Shown: one piece after another, positions 25,989 to 36,531 of the stretch | Numbering within the stretch: position 1 is the stretch's first letter | Layout: every line of letters begins with the position of its first letter | From: Salinispira sp. | GTDB taxonomy: Bacteria; Spirochaetota; Spirochaetia; DSM-27196; Salinispiraceae | NCBI GenBank assembly: GCA_965602015.1 | Contig: OZ271918.1 | Coordinates: forward strand, 3,008,001 to 3,072,000 | DNA length: 64,000 bases | Direction: 5' to 3' | Notes under the pieces: model-generated | Databases searched by the model: none | What the model was told of the DNA's origin: nothing | The model's input: the letters and a program-made list of their open reading frames with translations, nothing else | Program-made: the position numbers and the translations under genes

Positions 25989-26355
25989 TCCGTAGGCCCT
26001 CTAGTTGCTTCACCACTTCCTCAATGCCGCTCGGCGCCAGGGGCTTTTGAATTACGCCGAGAAAGTATTTTCCCCGGGGCAGCTCAGAGCTTTCAAGCTC
26101 ATAGGCTGTCACAAAGGCCACGGGAATCTCAAGCCGAGGAGCAAAATCGGCGGCAAGTTCTATGCCGGTTTTATCTCCCTGAATTCGTATATCCATTAAC
26201 ACAAGATCGGGCCTCGTTCGAACGACTAAATCCATAACTTCGTCGCTATGGCCGGTCTCCCCGACCACTTCAACTCCCAGTGCTTCGAGCTGTTTCCTGG
26301 AGTACATACGGATAAGAACTTCATCCTCCACCACAACGACCTTCAGACTGTCCAC
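25981..26355 (-). CDS. Single-domain response regulator
   Basis: VVEDE, LMDI, TA, KP motifs; no output domain. Confidence 0.92.
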   Translation of the reverse strand: MDSLKVVVVEDEVLIRMYSRKQLEALGVEVVGETGHSDEVMDLVVRTRPDLVLMDIRIQGDKTGIELAADFAPRLEIPVAFVTAYELESSELPRGKYFLGVIQKPLAPSGIEEVVKQLEGLRNA

Positions 26356-28097
26356 ATGACCTCCTGCAGGGGAGATTCAATGGTGCACAAAAAGTCCTTT
26401 CCGGAAAACTCCACAGCTATCCGTCCGTTTATCTGCTCAACCAGGGAATAACACATGGTGTGCCTGAGGCTTGCCTCGGGGAGCACCCTGGCTCCAGAAG
26501 TCTCATTGGCAGCATCGTCCACGGCCAGGAATTGGCCGGCAAAAACCACGCGAATCTCCTCACCGGTCTTTTCAATTTCCAGAGACGCGGCGACCCGCTC
26601 ATCCCGAGGATCGGAAAAGGAAGTCATATCGGGAGTACAATACGCCGCGCAGATGCTTCCGCCTATCAGCTCGTTTACGATGAGCCCCAGAGGCAGCAAC
26701 TGGTCGATGTGCAAAAGAACGGAAGGGTAGTTCGTATAAAATCCGTTGATCTTTCCCTCTTCCTGACGACTTAACTGCTGAACCAGATCGTCCATATACG
26801 CCCGAAGGTCCAGGGCGAGGATCGACTTAGTCTGGTACAGCCGCGTATGGATTAACGATATGCTTAAAATGCGGTTTTGCATCTCGGTCAGGTTGCGGCG
26901 CTGCCTCTTATCATGTAGCTTCATTTTCTGGAGGCCCAGTACCGAATACGCTATGGAGAGGCTGTTTCGAACCCGATGGTGGATTTCCTTAATAAGCATT
27001 TCCTGGTTATTCAGGCTCTCCTGCAGTTCATTCGCCTGAGCGATGACCTCGGTGGTGTCGATAATGGAAACAATGACCCGGGCGTAATCCTGCTCGTGTC
27101 CAGGCAAAACATTCCAGTGAATCTGAACGAATTGACGATCTCCTTCCAGACTCTGAATTTCCGACCTTGTGGTGCAGCTCGTCTGCCCATCTCGTAAAGC
27201 TCGCAGTTCGGGCAAAAAAGACCGTCCGGTTTCGGGCACGAAGGTTTCCGGAAGCCTTCGAAGAAGTTCCCCTTTTGATGATGCGCCGGCAAACTGCACC
27301 GCCCGCTGATTGATATCGATGATGCGGATCTTCCCGAAGTACTCGCCGATGTTTTGCAGCAGCTGATCGATGTTTGCATCATCGGCAAGCTCGGGATTCT
27401 CCCGTATGAACCGGGCGGCCCTTGAGTAATCCTCCTCCCAGAGCGCCACCGGCGCATATTCAAAGAGATGGCGGTAGTTTTTTTCGCTGCTCTCGAGTTG
27501 GCTGGTCAGATTGCGGTAATTCCACGGAAGACTGAGAAAACTACCCATAACAAGCGTGGCCGGCGGATGTATAGCGATGAGGGCCAGAGCCAGTGTGATG
27601 GAAGTGGCGGTGTCCAATTCCAAGGCTGTGGGAATTCCCGCAAGTATGGTTATAAAGGCAACTGCAAGCCCCAAAATCAACAGGCGTTTTGACCTGCCGG
27701 CATTTTTTACCGAAGGAATGCGAAGGATAAAAAAGCAAATAGTCGGCGTAAGAATCATCAGAGGTGCGGTCCTCAACAGATCCTGGGCGTCGGATAAAAT
27801 GCCGTATAATAGCTCGGCGGCGGCCACGGCTGCTGCGGCCCAGGGCCCCATGGAATGAAGAGCCAGGGCGGAAACTACCAGCCGGGAATCCAAACCGAGA
27901 CCCGGCGCAAGTATCTGAGTTGTGGACATGGCGAGGACCGCCGCCAGAATAAATACCGAAGTTTCGAGGACAAAGCCGGTTCTGGGGCTGAATATCGGCG
28001 TGAGCCGGCCGACCAGGCCGTAAAACAGGACAATGGATGAGAGGAGAAAAACGTTTTCGGAGAACTGCAAAAGGACTTCGAAAAACAGCCTGATCAT
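26343..28097 (-). CDS. Paralogous membrane HisKA_2 sensor with degenerate ATPase domain
   Basis: Shares HLFEYAPVxLWEEDxS and EIHHRVRNSL with 24291..25988; N-box is NELIGGSICAA and the DxGxG box is absent. Confidence 0.85.
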   Translation of the reverse strand: MIRLFFEVLLQFSENVFLLSSIVLFYGLVGRLTPIFSPRTGFVLETSVFILAAVLAMSTTQILAPGLGLDSRLVVSALALHSMGPWAAAAVAAAELLYGILSDAQDLLRTAPLMILTPTICFFILRIPSVKNAGRSKRLLILGLAVAFITILAGIPTALELDTATSITLALALIAIHPPATLVMGSFLSLPWNYRNLTSQLESSEKNYRHLFEYAPVALWEEDYSRAARFIRENPELADDANIDQLLQNIGEYFGKIRIIDINQRAVQFAGASSKGELLRRLPETFVPETGRSFLPELRALRDGQTSCTTRSEIQSLEGDRQFVQIHWNVLPGHEQDYARVIVSIIDTTEVIAQANELQESLNNQEMLIKEIHHRVRNSLSIAYSVLGLQKMKLHDKRQRRNLTEMQNRILSISLIHTRLYQTKSILALDLRAYMDDLVQQLSRQEEGKINGFYTNYPSVLLHIDQLLPLGLIVNELIGGSICAAYCTPDMTSFSDPRDERVAASLEIEKTGEEIRVVFAGQFLAVDDAANETSGARVLPEASLRHTMCYSLVEQINGRIAVEFSGKDFLCTIESPLQEVMWTV

Positions 28098-28103
28098 ACC
28101 TAT

Positions 28104-28132
28104 ATGTTAGCTCAGCGGCGGCAAATCCGCAA
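28104..28132 (-). promoter_or_regulatory. sigma70 promoter, probably leaderless
   Basis: TTGCGG-N17-TAACAT-N6-ATG(28097). Confidence 0.55.
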
Positions 28133-28134
28133 TT

Positions 28135-29328
28135 TTACGGGGTTAGGCCGACCGGTTTGTGGTATATCTGGTACGCCCGGTAGACGCGGGCGCCCATCCG
28201 CCTCGCCAGGTCCGGCGTGTATGGGTTTTTTTCGTTGGTGAGCGAGAGGTCGACCCAACGGTATCCTGAAGCAAGGGCTTTGCGGAACAGTTCGCTAAAC
28301 AGCCGGATGCTCACTCCCTTTGCCCAGTATTCAGGGGGAATCAGCACTGATTTTACCGTCATGCATTCCCGGGGGCCTCTCAGAGATAACAGGAAGGGAA
28401 TCCACTGCCAGGGGTAGCGCAGTCCACCGGCGTCAACGAGGATTTCATTAAGGTTTGGCAGACCGGGGAGAAAGCCCACGGGTTCCCACCCCTCCACCAA
28501 GGGTTGATTGCCCGGGCTTCTGCTCAGGGGGCTGCCCTCGGGTAATTCGGCGAAGAGTATGAGCTGGGGATCGGCAAATGAGCGAAATTCCCGGAGCAAA
28601 TCGCGTAGATCCTCGCGGTTCCAGGGTTTGAAATCCTCAATATGCGCCAGGCTCTTGTTGATGAGGTAGTACACCCGCTCAACTTCGTTTTCGAAATCCG
28701 CGAAGTTTGCGGGCCGCACGCGAATCTCTCCGCGTTTGGCCAGGCGGTCGCCAAGCCTGAACAGCTTTTCCATTTCGCTGTTTTCGCTCCCAAGAGGCAG
28801 TTCGAACGCCAGATTTCTTCCCCTGGCCGGGACGAATCCCGATGCTTCGAGCATCTTCCTAAACCAGGGCTTGTTATGGGAGCACAGCATTGCGGGCAGA
28901 CGATCTTCACCTTCGACGGCGATGCCGTAACTGTTTTCGTAATCCAGGTCGAATGGTCCGATGAGCCGATCAAGGGAGCGGCTTTTCGCAAAGTCCTCCG
29001 CGGAATCGAGAAGAAGCCGGAACACGCTTTCGTCATCAACCAGTTCCATAAAACCAAAAACGCAGTCCCTCAGGCCGGTTTCCCGGTTTTTAAATTGATC
29101 CTCTGCGGCGCAGATGCTTCCCACCACCTGACCGTCGCGTTCGGCAATGAAGAAGTCCGCATTCCCGTGAGTATAAAACGGTCCGGTTTTTGGGTTAATG
29201 GCCCGCATTTGCTCGGAAAACCGGGGAGGCACCCAGATCGGATCGCTGCGGTAGAGCCGATGAAAGAAATTTATCAGCCGGATGCGCTCTAAGCGCCTGC
29301 TCATATCCGCCTTGCGTACGCTGAGCAT
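28135..29328 (-). CDS. YghO-like double-GNAT acyltransferase (resembles the bacterial ceramide synthase family)
   Basis: LYRSDPIWVPP...PFYTH...FFIAERDGQVVGSI...FGFMEL..DD...IGPF...HNKPWF pattern. Confidence 0.75.
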   Translation of the reverse strand: MLSVRKADMSRRLERIRLINFFHRLYRSDPIWVPPRFSEQMRAINPKTGPFYTHGNADFFIAERDGQVVGSICAAEDQFKNRETGLRDCVFGFMELVDDESVFRLLLDSAEDFAKSRSLDRLIGPFDLDYENSYGIAVEGEDRLPAMLCSHNKPWFRKMLEASGFVPARGRNLAFELPLGSENSEMEKLFRLGDRLAKRGEIRVRPANFADFENEVERVYYLINKSLAHIEDFKPWNREDLRDLLREFRSFADPQLILFAELPEGSPLSRSPGNQPLVEGWEPVGFLPGLPNLNEILVDAGGLRYPWQWIPFLLSLRGPRECMTVKSVLIPPEYWAKGVSIRLFSELFRKALASGYRWVDLSLTNEKNPYTPDLARRMGARVYRAYQIYHKPVGLTP

Positions 29329-29331
29329 GGC

Positions 29332-30666
29332 TCAGGTCCTTTCGGCCAGGGTTTCCCGGCGGACCGGATAGCGAACTGCTGAAATAACCGCAATAATGAG
29401 AAAAATCGCCGGCAGGGGTCCGAAAAGCAGAGAAAGGGTAAAGGCCGAACTGTCGCTCTGAACCGCATTGGCTTCATACCCGGATACCTCCAGGAGGAAG
29501 AGAACCAAACCGACGGTCAGCTTGCTGGCGGTCTTCCGCATGAACCCGACGATGCTGTAGTACAACCCTTCCTGATTTCGCCCCCGAATATCCCCTACAT
29601 CTATGCTGTCGGGAATCATGGACCAGGAGAACACATGGACTGCGCCCACTCCGATTCCCGCGAAGCCCCCGATTATCAGAATCAGGACCAGGGGAGTGGC
29701 CGGGGTGAACAGCACGAGTAAAAGCTGCATGGCCAGCCAAAACGAGGTTCCCACTATGAAGCTGATGCGTTTATCGCTTCGTTTCGAGGCAATTTCCCAG
29801 AACGGCACGGAAATCAGGGCCATCACGAACACCGTAGCCATAATCACCGCGCTATGTTCGGGCATGCCGAGCCGGTATTTAATGAAGTAGAGCAGGGTCG
29901 CCTGGACAACCTCGATTGCCAGCCAGCTGAAAAGGAACAGCATCAACGCCCATAGGAAAGCCCGGTTGGCCGAAATCAGCTTGAGAGACTCGACAATGCC
30001 GGGAAATCGGCCCTGCCGCTCCCGGATGTTGTCCCGGCTGCTGTCCCTCCTGTCTTCCCTGATTATCAGACCGATGAGAAAAAAGGGCAAAAAGCACAAC
30101 ACGGCGGTAATAACCCCGACAAGCCGTATCGCCGGAAAATTTTCCGGGACGAACTCCCCGATGACCATCATGGGAAGGGAGAATACCAGCAGGCTCCCGA
30201 GTATGGAGAAGATCATCCGCCGGGACGTCAGGGCATTGCGCTCGTCATAATCTGCCGACAGTTCGGGAGTCAGAGCTAAGAAGGGCATGTTCACCAGGGT
30301 CGAGGCTGACTGGAAGAGGATCAGAATGATCGGATAATAAAAAAGATTGAACTCGGGGCTGAGCCACCGGGGTTGCCACCAGATCAGCGCATACAACAGT
30401 GCGTATGGCAGGGCTCCGTACAAAATAAAGGGCCGTCGCCGGCCCATCTTTAGTCTGCTGCGGTCGGAGATCGTTCCCATTACCGGGTCGGTGATGGCAT
30501 CCCAAATACCGCCGATTATAATAAACAACGAGGCGAAGCCCGGACGAATGCCGACGGCATCCGTCAGATAAATTGAAAAAAAGGCGCCTATTGAGGTATT
30601 GGCCAGGCTGAAGGAAAGATCGCCCGTGCCGTAAAGCCATTTTATCGATTCTTTTATCTTCTTCAC
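29332..30666 (-). CDS. MFS transporter, GPH (glycoside-pentoside-hexuronide) family
   Basis: YGTGD, WDAITDPVMGTISDR..GRRRPF, ALTPELSADYDER; about 12 TM helices. Confidence 0.92.
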   Translation of the reverse strand: MKKIKESIKWLYGTGDLSFSLANTSIGAFFSIYLTDAVGIRPGFASLFIIIGGIWDAITDPVMGTISDRSRLKMGRRRPFILYGALPYALLYALIWWQPRWLSPEFNLFYYPIILILFQSASTLVNMPFLALTPELSADYDERNALTSRRMIFSILGSLLVFSLPMMVIGEFVPENFPAIRLVGVITAVLCFLPFFLIGLIIREDRRDSSRDNIRERQGRFPGIVESLKLISANRAFLWALMLFLFSWLAIEVVQATLLYFIKYRLGMPEHSAVIMATVFVMALISVPFWEIASKRSDKRISFIVGTSFWLAMQLLLVLFTPATPLVLILIIGGFAGIGVGAVHVFSWSMIPDSIDVGDIRGRNQEGLYYSIVGFMRKTASKLTVGLVLFLLEVSGYEANAVQSDSSAFTLSLLFGPLPAIFLIIAVISAVRYPVRRETLAERT

Positions 30667-33152
30667 ATAATATCCTTGTTTCGGAGAATCTCCCGGGGTT
30701 TCGAGCCGTTCGCCGGCCCGACGATTCCCATCTCCTCCATCTCTTCGACGAGTCGTGCCGCCCTATTATAGCCGATACTCAGACGGCGCTGAAGGTAGCT
30801 CGCCGAGGCTTTGTTGGCAGTGCACACGATATCGATGGCCTTTTGCATCAGTGGGTCGTCGAGGTCCCCCGTTGAAATGGAATGATCGTCATCTTCGATA
30901 AATATCTCATCATCAATATAGTCCGGGCTCCCCATCTCTTTCACGTGCTTGACCACTTCTTCTACTTCGGCTTCGGAGAGAAAAGCCCCCTGAATGCGCT
31001 TGGGAAAGGGGTCCCAGGATGAGGTAAAAAGCATATCACCCTTCCCGAGCAGCTTTTCCGCTCCCACCGCATCTATAATAATCCGGCTGTCGACCTTGCT
31101 CGATACCATAAAGGCGATTCGGCTGGGAATGTTCGCCTTTATCAGACCGGTGATAACATCGGTGGAGGGCCTCTGTGTCGCGAGGACGAGATGGATGCCC
31201 ACGGCCCGGCTCATGGCCGCCAGCCGAGCCAGGGTTGACTCAAGCTCCTTGCCGCTGGTTGCCATCAGATCCGCGAACTCGTCCACAACGACAACAATGT
31301 ACGGCAGCTTCACCGTGGCGATTTTTTTCTCGACGATTTTCCGGTTATAGCTCTTGATGTCCCGAACCGCCATGGCATCGAGAAGGCTGTATCGCCGCTC
31401 CATTTCAAATAGACACCACTGGAGTGCCTGGAACGCCTTTTTCGGATCGGTTATGACCGGGGTGAGCAGGTGCGGGATGTCGTTGTAAAATTTCAATTCG
31501 ACAATTTTCGGATCGATGAGAATCATATTGACGTCGTCCGGGTCGCGGCTGTAGAGAACCGAGGTGATTATGCTGTTCACGCACACCGACTTACCCGCTC
31601 CGGTGGCCCCGGCGATAAGCAGGTGGGGGGTCTTGGTTAGGTCGACGATTTGAGCTTCGCCGGTTATATCCTTGCCAAGGGCAACGGGTATCCCATGATC
31701 TCCCTGGAGAAAATCCTTTTCACCGAGGATTTCCGAAAAGGTCACCAGGTGGCGATGTTTATTCGGCACTTCTATTCCCACGGCATGCTTCCCGGGAATA
31801 GGCGCAACGATACGGACGCTGGCCGCCGCCAGGGCGAGAGCGATGTTCTCTGCGAGGTTAACTATCCGGCTCAGTTTCACCCCCGGGGCCGGGAGAATTT
31901 CGAACATGGTAATGACCGGTCCTTTCCGGATTCCCGTCACCTCTGCTTCTATCCCGAACTCCTGCAAGGTGGACTTGAGTATTTCAGACTGTTTCGTCGT
32001 TTCTTCGTCGATGATCCAGTAGGCTTCCATGCTCTGAGCCCGAAGCACCCCTTCCACGGGTATTTCATAGGGTCCGTCTTTCCTCGAAAAATTGAGCTCA
32101 TCGCTTTCTTCCGGATGGGGCAGGAGATCCTCGTTTACCGGCAGGTCGTCATCATCATCGATGAGAGTTTCATCATCCTCTTCAATCTCAGAGTCCCGGG
32201 GAGGGATTTCCTCCGGAGGGGCATCGCTCACCGGCTCCGGCGCGTAGTTTGCCGGGACAAAATCATCGATGTCCAGATCGACCCCCGCCCGGGGCGTCTG
32301 TATTTCGGGATTCTCCGTATGTACATTCTGATTCTGTCGCAGCAAATTCAGATAGATGATCTCATCTTCGCCTTCCAGCTCCTCCAGTTCCTCTTCAAAG
32401 CTCGGAAGGTCAGGCTCGGCTGTTTGCCGGGAGAAACCCATGTCAATTTCCATGTCGCTTTCGTGCCGCCAGTTCGAACTCTCATTGACGGACACAGGAT
32501 CTGCCTTTAGCTCATCGTCACCATCATCCTGGTGCAAAGGCGTAAATTCGGACATTTTTGCGCTGAACAGGCTTTCTACTCCGCTGCCCGGTATATGCTG
32601 TTCCTCGGGCAGGGTCCGGTCCGGAAGAAGAATCTGCGGCCCACTGTCCGACACTGATTCCTCATGATCAGGAATCGATTCTTCAACGGCTTCAGCAACT
32701 TCCGCCGCATCGTACAAGCTCAGGCCAAGCCTGAGCACCAAAATAAGGGCAATCAGGCTGAGGGTTGCGGCTATGGTTGCGGCCCCGGCGAGGGAGAAAT
32801 TGGTAACCAGGAAACCGCCGATGAGGGTTTCGGAAAAACCCGGATCCAGAAGCAGGCGGAACACCGCCGCAAGACTGAGAGCGGGCAGCGATAGAAGGCT
32901 GCTGCAGTACAGACTCATGCGGGTATCACGTTGGGTCGCCACCATTATGCCGTTGAATATAAGATAGGCGGGGAGGAAAAACGCCATCAGGGAAAACGTG
33001 GTAAACAGGAAATCCCCGGGAACTGCCAAGAGCCTGATAAGAAAACTCGACTGGAGACCAGGCACCATGGCACCAAAAACCGAGGCCAAAAGGTAGAATC
33101 CCGAGATGCTAAATATGCCTCCAAGGGCACCGGACTGGTATGTGCTGCGCAT
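30663..33152 (-). CDS. ftsK: DNA translocase FtsK
   Basis: N-terminal TMs, PHLLIAGATGAGKS, VDEFADLM, LATQRPS, gamma domain LQRRLSIGYNRAAR. Confidence 0.97.
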   Translation of the reverse strand: MRSTYQSGALGGIFSISGFYLLASVFGAMVPGLQSSFLIRLLAVPGDFLFTTFSLMAFFLPAYLIFNGIMVATQRDTRMSLYCSSLLSLPALSLAAVFRLLLDPGFSETLIGGFLVTNFSLAGAATIAATLSLIALILVLRLGLSLYDAAEVAEAVEESIPDHEESVSDSGPQILLPDRTLPEEQHIPGSGVESLFSAKMSEFTPLHQDDGDDELKADPVSVNESSNWRHESDMEIDMGFSRQTAEPDLPSFEEELEELEGEDEIIYLNLLRQNQNVHTENPEIQTPRAGVDLDIDDFVPANYAPEPVSDAPPEEIPPRDSEIEEDDETLIDDDDDLPVNEDLLPHPEESDELNFSRKDGPYEIPVEGVLRAQSMEAYWIIDEETTKQSEILKSTLQEFGIEAEVTGIRKGPVITMFEILPAPGVKLSRIVNLAENIALALAAASVRIVAPIPGKHAVGIEVPNKHRHLVTFSEILGEKDFLQGDHGIPVALGKDITGEAQIVDLTKTPHLLIAGATGAGKSVCVNSIITSVLYSRDPDDVNMILIDPKIVELKFYNDIPHLLTPVITDPKKAFQALQWCLFEMERRYSLLDAMAVRDIKSYNRKIVEKKIATVKLPYIVVVVDEFADLMATSGKELESTLARLAAMSRAVGIHLVLATQRPSTDVITGLIKANIPSRIAFMVSSKVDSRIIIDAVGAEKLLGKGDMLFTSSWDPFPKRIQGAFLSEAEVEEVVKHVKEMGSPDYIDDEIFIEDDDHSISTGDLDDPLMQKAIDIVCTANKASASYLQRRLSIGYNRAARLVEEMEEMGIVGPANGSKPREILRNKDIM

Positions 33153-33183
33153 AGATTCCCTCCCGGTTTCACTATCGGTAAAA

Positions 33184-33990
33184 TCAGAGGAAAATTAAGC
33201 CGATGATCCCCAGGGGAATGAGATAGAAGGCAAAATAAAACAGCTTGCCCTTGCGCACCAATTTCATGAGAAATATCAGAGCAAGAAGTCCGCTTATGAA
33301 TCCGGCAGCCATTCCCGAGATGAGGGCCGGCAGCCCGATATCGCCGCTCAATTGCCCGATATCCCCGAGTTTTAACACTGCCGCGCCGAGAATAGCCGGA
33401 ATCGACAAAATAAAACTGAACTCCCCGGCCTCTTCGCGTTTTAATCCCGCAGCCAAACCGGCGGAAATGGTAATTCCCGAGCGGCTGATTCCCGGAAACA
33501 CCCCGAGTCCCTGGGCAATCCCGGCGAACAGGGCTCTGCCCGGTCCGATCCGGTCATAGCCCCGCTGGCCTTCGGTTATCCGGGATGTTGCAAGAAGGAT
33601 GAAGGCGGTGACGATAAACAAGGCGCTTACCAACGTGATATTTTCCGACGGTTGAATGACCTCTTCAATCCCCACTCCGAGGACCCCCGTCACTGCGGTC
33701 GCAAGAATAATGAGCCCTGCCAGCTTGACGTGAACCATATCCCCGTCATCGGCCCTTCTGGTAGTCCAGCGGAAGAGGCTGACCAGGATCATCCAAATCC
33801 GCCGCCGAAACACTATGACCACCGCCGCAAGAGTGGCAACGTGAAGTAAAATATCAAAGAGAATGGAAATATCCTGGTACCCCCAAATCTCCTTGAGCAG
33901 GGCAAGATGTCCCGAACTCGATACGGGCAAAAACTCGGTCAGGCCCTGTAAAAGGCCAAAAACAGCAGCTTCAATAACATTCATCTTCAC
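33184..33990 (-). CDS. uppP: Undecaprenyl-diphosphate phosphatase
   Basis: GLLQGLTEFLPVSSSGH, PGISRSG. Confidence 0.96.
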   Translation of the reverse strand: MKMNVIEAAVFGLLQGLTEFLPVSSSGHLALLKEIWGYQDISILFDILLHVATLAAVVIVFRRRIWMILVSLFRWTTRRADDGDMVHVKLAGLIILATAVTGVLGVGIEEVIQPSENITLVSALFIVTAFILLATSRITEGQRGYDRIGPGRALFAGIAQGLGVFPGISRSGITISAGLAAGLKREEAGEFSFILSIPAILGAAVLKLGDIGQLSGDIGLPALISGMAAGFISGLLALIFLMKLVRKGKLFYFAFYLIPLGIIGLIFL

Positions 33991-34029
33991 TCCTCGCTTT
34001 ACGCGGAACCTTTGGCTCTGTCAGGCGGA

Positions 34030-36519
34030 TTATCGGGGAATAAGCGGCCGAATCAATTCCCGGCTTACCGCTGCCGTATCGCCGTCGTAGAGGTATTCGT
34101 ATACGAACCAGGATTGAAGCACCCGGGGAACATAGTCCCTGGTTTCCTCAATTGGCAGGTAGAGTAATAGCATAAAAACCTGTGCCGGGTCTGCCAGTCT
34201 TTCCAGATCGGCGATCCAGCGATCGGTTCGGCCCTGTCCGCCGTTATACGCCGCCAGGGTTTCGGGGATGCTGAAGAAGCGGCTTCGCAGATACGCGAGA
34301 TATGAAGCCGACATGGCTATATTGTCTTTGGGATTCGTCAGGTCGTAGCTGTCCAGACGCATGCGCCGCGCGATATCCACCGCAGTTTCGGGAATTATCT
34401 GGCCGAGCCCTATGGCCCCTGCATGACTGTCGGCGGACGCATCGAAGCGGCTCTCCTCCCGCATTAAGGCATAGAGCAGTCCGTCGGGCAAGGCGGCGTG
34501 ACGGGTTTCGCGCTCCACTACTTCCCGGTACGGCCGGGGATACAGGAGGGAAAGGACTGACTCAACATCTCCCGCCGCAGATATCCATGCATCCAGATTT
34601 TCCTCGTAGATCCGGCTGCGGTACACGGCGCTTTCCATGAGCCTCATTCCTCCGTACCAGTCGCCGAGTTCATAGGCTCTTCTTACCAGGGGGATGATGT
34701 CCGAAGGCTCCCAGCGATACTCCGGGGGGGCGGCGGCGAGGATATCCGCGGCTTCCCGATACATGGTGAAATCCCCAAAGCCCTGAACCAAAAAGGCCAA
34801 TTGGCTGTCGGGCTCCCGGCTTTGAATCAGGTTAGCGGTTTTTGATGCGGGTACGCTTCTGGTGAGGGGAAGCAGGTATTCCAGGTCTTGTGAATCCAGT
34901 TCCCCGGTAAAATCCCGGTTCACCATGGCCTGCACGACCTGCGGCGATTCGACTGAAGCCTTTCCCGCAAGGCGCTGCAGTTCCGCGCTGAGGTTGTCAT
35001 CGCCAAAATCCCGGATCCGTTCATCCAGGAGGCGGAGGCTCAGGGCATTCCACAGGGGAGGCAAACTGCCCTCGGCCCCGGTCACCAAGCGGGCAAGTTC
35101 AGGCCACCGGGAAGCGGAAACCAGACTGGCGATATGCTCCCGGCTGATATCCCGGAAATATGCGGGATTTCGAATCTGAGGAAAGGCCCGCCGGACATCG
35201 GGATTCAGACCGCCGTCAATGCGCATGGAAGCTGATATCCAGAGCCATAAAAGACGCTCGCGGGCATTATCCAGTTCGCGAATATCGGTATAGCTATCTG
35301 CTTCAATGCGGTCCGCGCTTCCCTCGGGCTTGAGAATAGTATCATATTCCGTGAGCAGTTCCTCAAGGCGGTAGAACTCCCGCTCAAAAATGAGGGAAGC
35401 GCTTCGCGGATCACCGGAAGCCATGGCCAGACGGCCGCGATACTCATGTATCCGGCTTCGGAAACGATCTTCGGCAAAGATTATCGCACCGCCGGTGCTC
35501 AGGTCTCGTGCGTCATTCCCGAGCCCAAGCTCTGTGGAGTCCATATCAATTTCGAGAATGCGGCTGAGAATTTCATTGCCGTCGTCAAAACGGCGGGTTT
35601 CCGAAGCGGCGATAAACACATCCCTGATAATCCCCTCATCGAGGCGAAGGGCACCCAGGCTCACGAGATCGGTCATGCTCGTCATGGTAAAGTCCGGATT
35701 CAGGCGGTCGGTCAGCTCAAGAGCAATGTCCAGGGCGCGGCCGTGGTCCGAGCGGATGCGTGCGGACTTACCATCAATCCACGCGAAGAACGCCGCATCC
35801 TCCCGGGACGGGGTTCCCAGAATCTCCCGGAGCTGGCTATGGCCGTTTCGCGCATCGGAAACAAACACATATGGCTCTATAAGCTCCCGGACTTCCCGGC
35901 TCGGATTTTGATGCGCAGCGATAATGGCCTGATAGTACATCAGGCCGTGGGAAAAATCCCCGCTCCGGAAAAAATCCGGAAAGTTGCTGCGAAGATCCAA
36001 TAATTCGGCGAATGCCCTATCGTACTGCCCGAGCCTCAGGCGGGCTTCGAATCGCTGTGAATAGTGCCAGTCATGTACAGCAGGATCCGGCGCCCGCCGC
36101 CGGGAGGGTTCAAAAGTCAGTGCTACAACTTCATTGTAGGCTCCGCGGGCCAAAAGCAGGCGGTTCAAGGAACGCAGGGCGGGAAAATACCAGGGACTCT
36201 TCTGAGAATCCAGGCTTTCGCGAAAAAAGAACTCCGCCTCATCGCCCCTTCCCCGGGAAACGAGAAGTTCGCCGATGATGTAGGTAGATCCGGGATAACT
36301 GTTTTTCAGCTTCTGCACATCGCGGCCCTCAGGAAGGGCTTCCCGGGACACATCCCATTCTCCGGAGTACAGCGCTTTCTGGAAACGGGGCAGACTCATT
36401 CCATAGACCGACGTTTCCCCTTCGCAGGAGACAATAAAAGCGGCCAGAATTAAAGCGGCCGGAAAAAATACAATGAGATTCCAGGCCGGTTGGAGACGAA
36501 AAGATTTATTGCGATTCAT
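34030..36519 (-). CDS. Slt70-like lytic transglycosylase, possible lipoprotein
   Basis: Lipobox-like FIVSC, helical/TPR body, C-terminal MREESRF...GAIGLGQ...AAYNGG...ETRDYV. Confidence 0.9.
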   Translation of the reverse strand: MNRNKSFRLQPAWNLIVFFPAALILAAFIVSCEGETSVYGMSLPRFQKALYSGEWDVSREALPEGRDVQKLKNSYPGSTYIIGELLVSRGRGDEAEFFFRESLDSQKSPWYFPALRSLNRLLLARGAYNEVVALTFEPSRRRAPDPAVHDWHYSQRFEARLRLGQYDRAFAELLDLRSNFPDFFRSGDFSHGLMYYQAIIAAHQNPSREVRELIEPYVFVSDARNGHSQLREILGTPSREDAAFFAWIDGKSARIRSDHGRALDIALELTDRLNPDFTMTSMTDLVSLGALRLDEGIIRDVFIAASETRRFDDGNEILSRILEIDMDSTELGLGNDARDLSTGGAIIFAEDRFRSRIHEYRGRLAMASGDPRSASLIFEREFYRLEELLTEYDTILKPEGSADRIEADSYTDIRELDNARERLLWLWISASMRIDGGLNPDVRRAFPQIRNPAYFRDISREHIASLVSASRWPELARLVTGAEGSLPPLWNALSLRLLDERIRDFGDDNLSAELQRLAGKASVESPQVVQAMVNRDFTGELDSQDLEYLLPLTRSVPASKTANLIQSREPDSQLAFLVQGFGDFTMYREAADILAAAPPEYRWEPSDIIPLVRRAYELGDWYGGMRLMESAVYRSRIYEENLDAWISAAGDVESVLSLLYPRPYREVVERETRHAALPDGLLYALMREESRFDASADSHAGAIGLGQIIPETAVDIARRMRLDSYDLTNPKDNIAMSASYLAYLRSRFFSIPETLAAYNGGQGRTDRWIADLERLADPAQVFMLLLYLPIEETRDYVPRVLQSWFVYEYLYDGDTAAVSRELIRPLIPR

Positions 36520-36531
36520 GGGTCCGGTATA

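Noticed and set aside
33173..33199. sigma28-like TTAA-N15-ACCGATAG upstream of ftsK
   Set aside because: Mismatches in both boxes and overlap with the uppP 3' end; could be chance.
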